Shown: positions 53,033 through 64,000 of the stretch, one piece after another
How positions within the stretch are numbered: the first letter of the stretch is position 1
How the letters are laid out: each line of letters begins with the position of its first letter
From: Octopus sinensis
Taxonomy: Eukaryota
Length of the DNA: 64,000 nt
Assembly: GCF_006345805.1 (NCBI RefSeq)
Contig: NC_043002.1
Coordinates: 101,804,001 to 101,868,000, forward strand
Reading direction: 5' to 3'
Notes under the pieces: model-generated
Databases searched by the model: none
Seen by the model: the letters and a program-made list of their open reading frames with translations, nothing else
Told to the model about the DNA's origin: nothing
Program-made: the position numbers and the translations under genes

Positions 53033-53258
53033 GCTGCTACTACTACTACTGCTACTACTACTACTACTACTGCTGCTGTTACTACTACTACTTCTACTAC
53101 TACCATAACCACCACCACCATCACCACCACAACCACTACTACTACTGCCAAAACCAACGCCACCATCAACATCACTACCACAACCACTATTACTACTACT
53201 GATACTACTGCCACCACTACCATCAACTGCTACTACCACTACTACTACCACCACCACA

Positions 53259-53290
<32 letters not shown>

Positions 53291-53345
53291 CATCAACATC
53301 ACCACTACTTCTACTACTACTACTACTACTACTACTACTATATAC
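52985..53345. repeat. (ACT)n/(ACC)n triplet array
   Basis: Directly visible; source of the poly-T/Y/V/S pseudo-ORFs. Confidence 0.95.
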
Positions 53346-53419
53346 TGCTGCTGCTGTTGCTGATAAAAATGATTATTATGGACGAAGATGTTGAAGATGA
53401 TGACAATTAAAAGAACGCA

Positions 53420-53861
53420 TAATGCTTTCAAATTTTCACCCAGGGCCGGCAGTCTTTGAGGGGAAGTGAGAGTCGATGAAATCGATCACAATACTCAACT
53501 CTTACATATTTTAAGAACCCCGAGAGGATGAAGAACAAAGTCGAACCCGATGGAATTTGATCCCAGAAGATAAAAATGCACGAAATCTGTGCTAACGGCT
53601 CTCCTCGCTGCTCTAACAACAACAACAACAACAACAACAACAATAATAATAATAATAACAACAATAATGATTATAATCCTTTCTCAAATTGGCACAAGGC
53701 CAGAAATTGGGGGAGGGGGATAGTCGATTATATTCGACCCCAGTACGCAACTGGTTTTTAATTTATGGACCCCGAAAAGATGAAAGGCAAAGTCGACTTC
53801 GGCGGAATTTGATCTCAAAACGTAGCACCCGGCATGCTAACGATTCTGCCAGCTCATCGCC

Positions 53862-53901
<40 letters not shown>

Positions 53902-54125
53902 GTGGCTGGACCCGTGAAAATTCACAGAAAACATAAAAAATATAAGCATCTGTAAACAGCGTACTGTACCATGTGAAATATTTGTATATTTACGTTCTGA
54001 GTTCAAATTCTGTCGAGGTTGACTTTGACTTTCGTCCTGTCGGGATCAATAAATTAAGTACCAATTGTGTACTGGGATCGATCTAATTAACTGGCCCGCT
54101 CCCCACAAAAAATTTAGGCCTAGAA
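53420..54125. mobile_element. Cluster of three SINE family C copies separated by (AAC)n/(AAT)n
   Basis: Minus copies at ~53420-53615 and ~53676-53864; plus copy at ~53990-54125. Confidence 0.75.
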
Positions 54126-55690
54126 AATAGTATACTCACAGTTACAGAATATAGAAAGTAATGTAACACAAATGACGATATACTTAATCCAACCAAAATA
54201 CCTCAGTTACCCAAACGTAAACTATTTAACCTTAAAATACATCGTACATATTCAAAGAACCTGACATTATTATAGAAGTAGTACGGAAGAAGGAAAAGAA
54301 GTTTACAGATATTACCACACCTGGGGACGCATTCGTGTGTAACAAATAGCTGCTAAAGATGGACAGATACTAATTACTAAAAGATGAACTGGTGGGAAGT
54401 GAAGAGAGCAGATGTGATAACCACACGGATCAGCAAACAATTTATTTGTTGATGTTATAAATAAAAGCTCCGAATAACTTTAGATTCATTAGTTTCGGGA
54501 GCTTCTGTCTGAGGAGACACAATGACGGCGAAACGATGTTGTTCCAGCCTTCCGCTAAAACACATGTTCATTGCATCTAATTTGTTAGTGTGTGACGATT
54601 AGCGTACTCTACTTTCGAGCGGGTAGGAGGTCGATAGAGAAAAAGGAGGCGTTGGGAAAAAGGAGGCAGGGGATTGGGGATGCTATGAATTTATTGCAAT
54701 ATTATTATAGTATTGTATACGAATTATATAATATATTAAATATCAAATGATTCATAGTATACATAAATTAGTAAAATATAAAATATTTATTTATACAGAA
54801 AAGTAAGGGTGGGGACGCTGGTGGGGTATTATGCGGCCATGATTGGGCGGTGGCACAAATCGTTTCAGAACCTCTCATATAAAGTCATTGTAATGACGTG
54901 CTCGTCGTGGAAGAATGTGAATTAGAATTCTGTGTGATTTGAACAGTGAGAAAAATATTACTACTATAATATTGATTTAGATCTTTGCCACAAACAACAA
55001 AAATATTAGTGCAAACGTGATACATGACTGGTACTTAGAATTATCACTTCAATCTCAGAATAAGATTACTTACACCAGCTGTGTTTCTATCTGACATTTC
55101 AATCTGATACCGTTACGCTTTTCTTTTTTAGCTAAACATTCCACTCTTAGACTCCATCACACGAACAGCACCGACAACAACATAACAACAAAATGATTTA
55201 TAACAAATAAATACATAAATATAATCAATACCGGGCGAATATCTGTGAAATTACTATATGTTCAGCCTCAGTTGCTGTACAATTGGCTGCGCCAGTTATT
55301 ACTTCTAAAGTGGAACATTTCTTACCAAAGCTTTTTACTCTTTATTTATCATTATAGAATAATTAATGACAAGTTTCAGCTAACCACTACTCCTCTGTTT
55401 TTCCTTTTCAATGGCTGTCTTTCATCTCGTTTTATACTCGACGACTTCACGTCGATTACTTTATGATTGTTTTCTAGTGTATCTTTATCTATAAATAGTT
55501 TTCATTAGTAGTATTAATAATACTCATTAGATTTTGTTAATATTGATAAAAATCTGCCAAGTGTTATTTTATTTTCTGATTTCACATACGTACATACGTA
55601 CATACATACATACATATGTACATTTATGTCTCTGCTTAGTTGTGAAGAATCTGATGGAAACAGATAAATCGGCAAATCTGGAAGATCATT

Positions 55691-55722
<32 letters not shown>

Positions 55723-55728
55723 CGTTGC

Positions 55729-55761
<33 letters not shown>

Positions 55762-56923
55762 CATATCTAATGCGCAAGATTACTAGCCCGTGTGTGTGTT
55801 TTTGTGTATACACACACATACTCACACATGCACGTATGTACGTTTTTACACAGATAAATTCACATTTGATCATGCGTGTTTATATGCAAATACACATGAA
55901 CATATACATTAGTATACAGATCTATATACGTGTCATATATATATGTGTATATGCAGAGACATGTATAACACTTTAACGCATATATACACAAACAGATACG
56001 AGCATAGACCTGTTTATAAGTTAGCTTTCTTTGACAACTGCTAGAAAAACATATACGGAATACAATAAAACACACAATAATACAGGGTTGAATGCAACGA
56101 ACGTTATTTATGTGTTAATCAATTCTCCTTTTAACACAGACAAGTAATTCCTTGCATTAGACGAGTCCATTGTCAAAATCGCGCCTACCACATATGTTTC
56201 GCAAACGAAGGCAAGCAGTTTTCGACTCTGAGGTTGCTTGACCTAAATAGGTCCTTTGGTGCCTGCGACTGAAAGAACTGAGGATAGCCCCTTTCATTTC
56301 CGGTCAAGTTCACCGATTTTTGCTTTGTTTTTTTCTGTTCAATATTCACTCACACAAGGTAGCAAGACCTTACACCAAATTCAAGAAAACGATCAACACC
56401 TTAGTAATTGCGTTTATTCTCAGCAGCTGTCTGAAGGTTACAGGAATAAACAGCGGGTAGTGTGTACTCGGAGTAAGTATGGATGTTTGGGGCAACCGGA
56501 TTGGATCTGTATCATAGTCATCATCTCTGATGACTGCAGCATCTATTTCTAGATTGTGAGGCCTCTTTTCTCCTTTCCTTTAATTTCTTTTCATTCGTGA
56601 GATTGCAGTATAAACCAAAACCTTTTTTACTAAGGGGACCCCTGTTATGCTTTTGAGTTCAATAAATTATAGTACCTGTCAAGTATATAATTATGCAATC
56701 AGCTAATTCCCTTTCCTCAAATTTAACAGGTTTTGTGTCGAAATTAGAAAACATAAAACGGCGAGTAGGCAAGATTGTTATATTCATACATACACACTAC
56801 ATACATGCGTGCATATATACATGCTTGCAAACATACACGCATAAACACATACGAACGTACGTATGTGTGTGTATATATATATATATGTATATGTGCGTGT
56901 GTGTGTGTGTATCTATATATATA

Positions 56924-56966
<43 letters not shown>

Positions 56967-59891
56967 GTATGTGTGTGTGTGTGTGTGTGTATGTATGCAT
57001 GTATATTTGCCAGAATTCACTTCAGTACTTGCTTGGAGCGTTTGGTTTGTACCATAGAATTTACGTCATTATAGACCATCATTAACCGAAATTCAATATT
57101 GATGTAGTAACCTCGGTTCAAAGGTAAACCAGAGTGATCTGGTGAATACTCATCAAATTTAGTTGGTCTCAAGTCTGGAGAGTTCTGTGAGGCTGAGGTG
57201 GGGTTGGATGTAATCTATGTGTTCCTGGTGAACTTCAAACAGTTCATTAAAAAATGTGTAAAGTGAAAAGAAATACAAGAAAGCTGTAGGTCAATTACTA
57301 ATATATATCAACTCTTTCAGCAACATTCGTATGAATGTTCTAGACACGTTTCGGACGTATTTCATCTCTACGGTGAGGAACATATATATACACACATCAC
57401 CGTACCTTTTAAAGTGTTGATAGAAAAATCACTAAGTAAACATATAGTATCGGACACATACATATATATATGTGTGTGTCTATGTGCACGTATGTGTGTG
57501 TGTGCTTATGTGCATGTATGTATGCATGCATGCGTGCATGTATGTATGTATATTTGTGTACGATTCACGCTTAAATGTATAAATGTATTTGCTGTTATAT
57601 ATGTGTTAAACATTCATACACACATACAAAAAGGATTAAAAACTCTGGCAGATATCAATAAAGCATTCAGTATTTTTTAAAAAATTGGTTAAAAATGTTT
57701 AACAATCAGACATCAGTAAATGTAATGTATAATGCAAATGACAGGTAAATTCTCATGCATGACAGGTAAATCGAAATATCTTTAGAAAGAATTTCGAGAA
57801 TTTCAGAGTATTTAACAAGTGTATATGTGTATGTCTGTATGTATGCTCAACGAAGTTACTCTGCCATTCACAACACTTTGCAGAACCAATTATCAATTAC
57901 ACCGAAATACTCGTTGCTTCCATAACGAGAATAATCTCACAAAACATTTTAATATGTTCATGAGAGTATGACTTGTCGAGTGCATGTCGAGTGTCTAGGT
58001 TTAGGCTTTCCCGTTGACTTCTGATCCCACAATGATTGTTAGACTGTGGTTGAGCTTGATCTATAGTTCAGTTACGTATTATTAAACGAAGTTAGAGAAA
58101 ATGACTTACGAATTGTGAAGTTTGATGTTCTACCCAGGTAAGTCCTAATGATGTTGACCTATAACCAAAAGTGTTCAAGCCTTGGTTCTCCAGCATCCTC
58201 CTCTATCAAAATGCGCTGGTTATTGTGGGCATCGTTATTTTAAGAGCGGTTTGTGTTTGTTCGCAGTGTCAATTACTATTTCTAGCAGATTATGGGATTA
58301 CGTATCGGCTTCCTTGTTGACACGATATTGGTTTATGTGGGTGTATATGCATCAAAAATACATGTCATTTCGGTTCTAAAATGGCTGCTAAGATCTAAGA
58401 AGCCTTTCTAAAACGATGTAGTGAATAGTTGTTACGGTAGCATCATATAAGAAAGTGTTTTCTTCAAAGGGAAAGCAAATTCAAATATCACCTCAAGTCG
58501 GCCTCTCCTGTGCAGTGAAATAACGAAGCTGCTGTTAGAGAGTACGTGATAAGGATTGGCCAGAGGTGCAGAGGAAAACATTAAAGTCAACTGTTGCTAT
58601 CTACACTCCGTTGTCCTCTTGAAACCTCTTGGGGATACATCTATTATGATCACACCAAAGTCAACATGGAATCGTCGAAGTCTTTTATAGCTATCGATAA
58701 GCTATTGAAATTGATTTTAACTAAGTTTGTTTCTGTAATATGAAGTCTAAAGTCTTTTGACATAAACTTTTAGAAATAACGTGAAATATTAGCACAGGGT
58801 CATACACTCACAAACACACAGATGTCTGTACCTGTACTCACAGAAACACAGAAATATCCGTAAATATACAACACAGAAAAACACACAGATATTCACATAC
58901 ATATTTAATAAGAATCTAAAGCATTTTGGATACAGTTATGTTCGTGTTGTCGTTTATTCAAACGACTGGGGGAGTAAAGCGACGTGATAACAGACGAATG
59001 AAAATAATCCGAGGATAATGTGATAAGCCATTGAAATGTTAACGGTTATAAAATATACATTTATCTATTTGTCACAGGCAGATAAAATGATATATTCATC
59101 ACCTAAGTATAAAGATGTGTGATATCATTCTTTTCAAACTCATATTTCTAAAACACTCGAAAGCAGATAAGGTGCGTTTCATTAATGAAGCTTTAGTGTA
59201 AATGAATGACTCAACAGTTTTTGCTTAAGAGAGCAACTCTCAGAATATCTGACATCAACTATGTGGGAAATAATCCTTTTTCTAGTAGGGAATTGGAAAT
59301 ATCGGAATGAACATTCATGAATTTTTCTGCAAGAATTTAATCAATTGTTCAAAACTACCAAAGGCACTAATAGGATGTTATACTCCCTCTTGTGACAGTT
59401 GTTAATATTACTTTATTTAACATTATTCGAAGCAATCAGAAAAGAAAAGAAAAACATTGACCTGTACTTGGTGAAATTCTTAGACGAAAGCCAGGTAAAC
59501 GAAACTGGTTATTTCTCTAAAAACTATGTTACTATACGCAAAATTTTGTAACATTTTTCTAACATAAATATATTCTTTAAACATATAACACATGCCTTCT
59601 GTAGTTTTTCACTCTTTCTTGTCTTATATATATATATATATATATAGGGATATTTATATATTGGTATAAAAAACTGAAATGGTAGAACTCACTGAATCAC
59701 GATGCATCGGTTTTATATTTTAGAAGCGTAACTGAAGCATCGTCAGTTTTGTGAATGCAACAGAACAAACTTTAAGTCAATTTAATGTCTTGAACGAAAC
59801 TCTGGAATCTTGAGTCACTCTTTTAACTTACCGATGATTAACTATATATATATGTACGTATGCAAGTATGTATTCATGTATGTACGTATGC

Positions 59892-59951
<60 letters not shown>

Positions 59952-59954
<3 letters not shown>

Positions 59955-60140
59955 GAAGAATTCATAAAAAAGCGAAAGACGAAGACAGGTGGTATAGACA
60001 ACAAACAGATGTATTAGTATAATGCTCGGGAAGTGGAAAAAGTATTTAACGTTTCGAGCCTACGCTCTTCCACAGAAAGAAAAAAAGGAGAGAAAATGAT
60101 GTATAGTGGCTACCGATCTATCATGACGAATATTGAGTTT
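59952..60140 (-). mobile_element. Second copy of the variant-hammerhead repeat (motif 60045-60078)
   Basis: Reverse complement reads TTT-CTGTGGA-A-GAGC-gtag-GCTC-GAAAC-GTT-AAA, then ACTAATACATCTGTTTG..ACCACCTGTCTTCGTCTTT as at 24990-25050. Abuts (TA)n. Confidence 0.6.
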
Positions 60141-63004
60141 ATATATAATATAAACACAACACACACACACGTATACACATACTCACGCTCATATATATAT
60201 ATATATCCGTATATAGACAACCACACATAAATAGATATAAATAAAAATCTTGGCATTTGTGTGTGTAGCTGAGCATGGAAATTTTCTTCTATAAGCGTTT
60301 GTGAATATTAGTGCGTGTGTGCGTATGTCCATGTATATTAGTGTGCATATATTTGTATTGATAGCTGTGTGCGAAGCAAATTTAAGCTGGTACTGCTTTC
60401 GAATTACGTTTAATGGAAATAGTCTTTTCCGTTTGGCTTGTTTATAGATTGTATTGCCAATTGCGTATTGCCGCTATTCTACGAGTTTCTGCTGAACTTT
60501 GCTCCTCTATAAACGTCACCTTTTAAACTGAATTGATTCAAGAAACCCTATTTGGTAGGCACAACTAACTATGTTATTAAGTTGAAGATAACAACAACAA
60601 CAACGAAAGCTTTAAGAAAAATAACGAAATATAGCTCCGACCTGGATAAATGTAGAATTGTATAAAACCGTTGCGTTGCAGAATATATTTATTTCTTCTC
60701 TTTGAGATACGGGATACACTTGCTGTAAAAATATCTGTCCATTTTTGTAAAACGAAGCTGAAACATTAATGGATTAACACCCAACCCCTACACTCTCTCC
60801 TTCTTTCCTCCTGCAAAAACGAAATTGAGAAAACAGCAAAAAGATTGAAGTAAACAAGTACAACGTTAACGATAATATTAAAAACAAAATGGCGAACCAA
60901 TACATTACGGAGAAGCAATTTTCGGCCATTGTTATTCACATATTAGTGGAGAGCCTCTACGTTGTTGTTCAATCCGCTAAAAGTAGTAACCTAATCTCAC
61001 TTAAATCACCCACATTACCATAATAAAATAGGGAAGGACACACAAGATTGAATAGTCAGCGAATACTAAAAGTAAAATAGCAAAAAGAATATTCGGGGCT
61101 GGAATACATTTGATTACAAATCTACTGGAATTTAAACGACCTCGGGTTGAACAACAATAACAACGGCATGCTAGTGGATCGCCTAAAGTCTTGTTACTTT
61201 GCTTGTTTATTATTTTTGACTCAAGAGAATGAATAAAAGAAATTTGTTTCAGTTGTTTGCTGTTACAGAAGTAGATTGAAATCCAAAGTAGTTTTGTTTT
61301 TTTCTGTTTTTGGTTCAGGTTATAAATATACTAGCCTTGCTGATATCAATTTGTGTTCAGTATTACCTTTTAAGTATATTATCTTTTCGATAAAACCTGA
61401 AAATGCAGGGAAAAAGAAATTGTGCTGGACGAGTTCATTGTGGAGAAGGAAGGTGATGACATATCCTTGATAGTGATGTAGAAAATTACATTGAACCATG
61501 ATAAGGTTGGTGTTTCATTTGCCCTAAAGAAAATAAAAGGGAAAGTAAGAGTAGAGGGAGAGAGAAGCGAAGAGAGATAAGGAGACAGAGTGAAAAAAGG
61601 GCAAGGAAGACACGGTGAGAGAAGCAGCAAAAGGAGGACAAGAAAAGGTAAAAAGAGGCCAAAACGTAAGGAGAAATGAAACGAACGGAGAAGGAAAAGA
61701 AAGAGAGAAAGTTGGTGATGATAATAGTAATAATAATAATAAGAAGAAGAAGAAGAAGAAGAAGAACGTGAAGAAGAAGAAGGATGTGAAGAAGAAGAAG
61801 AAGGATGTGAAGAAGAAGAGGGAAAAGAATACGACGATGACGAAGAAGACTATGAAGAAGACAAAATATACAAGTAGGAAAAAAACGTAAAGAGTTAAAA
61901 GAAGGTAGACAGATAGAGAGATAGAAAGAAAGAAGGAGAGGGAGATAAATAGACAGATATAGTTGTCTACATTTGAAATAAAATAGTTGTAAAAGCGTCT
62001 TTGCGTGTTTTGGCATGAAGAAGATAAAAACGGTGAACACTAATTTTAATAACCTTATAAGAAATATTAACTCAGAGTTACTTATGCAGGAGTTAAAGGA
62101 CAGAAGCGATATTAATCATTCTGTTTTGAAATTTCCGTAAAACAATTGGAGGTCGAATTCGAACAGGTTTCATTCAGTGTCAGTTAATAGACGTTGCAAT
62201 ATTTGTCAAAAGTGTAATAAGGAAATGAGAAGGTAAACGTAACGATTGAAAACTCTTGTATGTGATCGGCATATCAACGGTTCTTTTTATCAACTTTCAG
62301 AGCAAGCATTGATGGAACGATGTGCTGAAGGGACCGTCTAATTCTTCGCTCTGGTGGCGAATTAGCTTGACAGTTGTGTTTTTTTTTTCCATACTCTCTG
62401 TGCTATTACGTTGCATATTTTGCCATTGAATCACTTTCAGAAAATTCCGTTACTTATGATTATGACTTCGATTTCAATCCAGACTCTGTCAGTCAATTAT
62501 TTCACAGAGACTTTCTAATTGGAGGCAAACATTATGCTAATAATGTTTTGAATGTAACAGGCGAGGATATCTTAAATTGTGGTGCAGTTGATTGGGACCG
62601 TGGGTTTAAAAGACATGGCTACTTTGAGTCCACGTGATCAAGAGACTTTCAAATCTCCGCATCGCATATTTTCGTTGCAAACAATGCCTCGGACATACTA
62701 CAATCCGTACGGCTTCTCAGCAAGGCCTACCTCACATAACTGCTTCTTCTTCTTCTTCTTGATCGCTTGAGCCAAAGAATGAGATTCTCTACATGTCTGG
62801 TCACTCGTCTTGCAAGAAATAAGCAGCGAAATATCCCTCAAATTACATCCAATAATTTTTATATATATAAAATAAAAAATAAACTGTTGAAAATATAAAT
62901 CTTTAACTACAAAACAAAAGGAAAGTCAGGTATATCTCAGAAGGGATAACTTGGAAATTAACAGGTATAGTCCATAGGCTGTTTTACTGTCAATTATATG
63001 GGTC

Positions 63005-63140
63005 AAGACAAAGGGATTAAGTCAATTACATCAACCCCAGTGTGTAACTGGTGCTTTATTTATCGACTCCGAAAGGATGAAAAGCAAAGTCGACCTCGGC
63101 GGAATTTGAACTCAGAACGTAATAACAGACGAAATACCTA
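63005..63140 (-). mobile_element. SINE family C fragment
   Basis: GGGATTAAGTC..CCCCAGTG..CCGAAAGGATGAAAAGCAAAGTCGACCTCGGCGGAATTTGAACTCAGAACGT. Confidence 0.85.
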
Positions 63141-63180
63141 GGCGAAATATATTTTTTTCCAACGTCCTCTTCCGCATATA

Positions 63181-63389
63181 CTCTTTTTTACTTGTTTCAG
63201 TCATTTGACTGCGGCCATGCTGGAGCACCGCCTTTAGCCGTACACCTCGACCACGGGACTTATTCTTTTTGTAAGCCCAGTACTTATTCTATCGGTCTCT
63301 TTTTGCCGAACCGCTAGGTGACGGGGACGTAAACGCACCAGCATCGGTTGTCAAGCAATGCTAGGGGAACAAACACAGACACACAAACA

Positions 63390-63452
<63 letters not shown>

Positions 63453-63617
63453 TACGACAGGCTTCTTTCAGTTTCCGTCTACCAAATCCACTCACAAGGC
63501 ATTGGTCGGCCCGAGGCTATAGAATAAGACAGTTGCCCAAGATGCCACGCAGTGGGATTGAACCCGGAACCATGTGGTTGGTTAGCAAGCTACTTAACAC
63601 ACAGCCTCTCCTGCGCC
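63181..63617 (-). mobile_element. Full-length tRNA-SINE family A
   Basis: Reverse-complement copy of 19408-19825 with an expanded internal (TA)n. Confidence 0.9.
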
Positions 63618-64000
63618 TATGGAAGCATGTAGATAGAATTTTCTCTATGAACTTCTTCAGTAAAACTATGGGAGTCTTATAAGTTTAAGTCGATTCCATC
63701 ACCAATGTATTCAAATCTGTGAAGGGAATGGGTGCAAACTTTGCTCCATCAATTTACCCCTTCACTACGTAGGAGGCTGCATTGTTCATCGGCTCTTAAC
63801 TCTCTCGATCAACAAAATAAAACAAATCAATTGCAAACTTCACACTTTAGGCTCGATTTTTTGCATTTCTGTTGTGATAGTGAAAACTTAAAAAAACCAA
63901 ATTCAATCTGAGTAAAATGGAAAATGTGACAAAAACAACAAATATAACAATAAAATAAAGCATCTACCCCCACCCTACCACCCACTAAAAGCCTCTACCC

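Noticed and set aside
54505-54545. CTGAGGA...GAAACGATGTT hammerhead candidate
   Set aside because: Stem II is weak and stem I is absent; it cannot be supported without other copies.
54800-54860. CCAAT/GC-box promoter (GATTGGGCGG)
   Set aside because: Short motifs with no linked transcript or gene evidence.
57335-57410. GAAACGTGTC half-hammerhead plus a TACGGTGA hairpin
   Set aside because: No CUGANGA found upstream on that strand.

Overview
AT-rich, microsatellite-saturated eukaryotic DNA. The SINE families and the (TA)n/(CA)n/(TCTA)n/(AAT)n load are typical of an octopus or related cephalopod (inference). I see no intact host gene; nearly all listed ORFs are simple-repeat artefacts. The window holds a near-full-length but disrupted Penelope-like element of Naiad type (36316-38886, minus) and separate PLE GIY-YIG remnants. 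It also has a Tc1 and a mariner relic, two Helitron-type elements, a Merlin-like MITE with an 8-bp TSD, R4/Dong, Tx1 and RTE LINE fragments, and three tRNA-SINE families. The most notable signal is a set of type I hammerhead ribozyme (HHR) motifs: nine motifs in about six unrelated sequence contexts, all next to or inside (TA)n/(AAT)n tracts. These include a canonical HHR in a 284-bp rod-like ORF-less element (21199-21482) and a ~497-bp tandem-plus-inverted array with three HHRs (33891-35255). Together they suggest retrozyme-like or PLE-pLTR non-autonomous RNAs that could be mobilised by PLE RT/GIY-YIG proteins. All folds and translations were read by eye and need computational and experimental confirmation.
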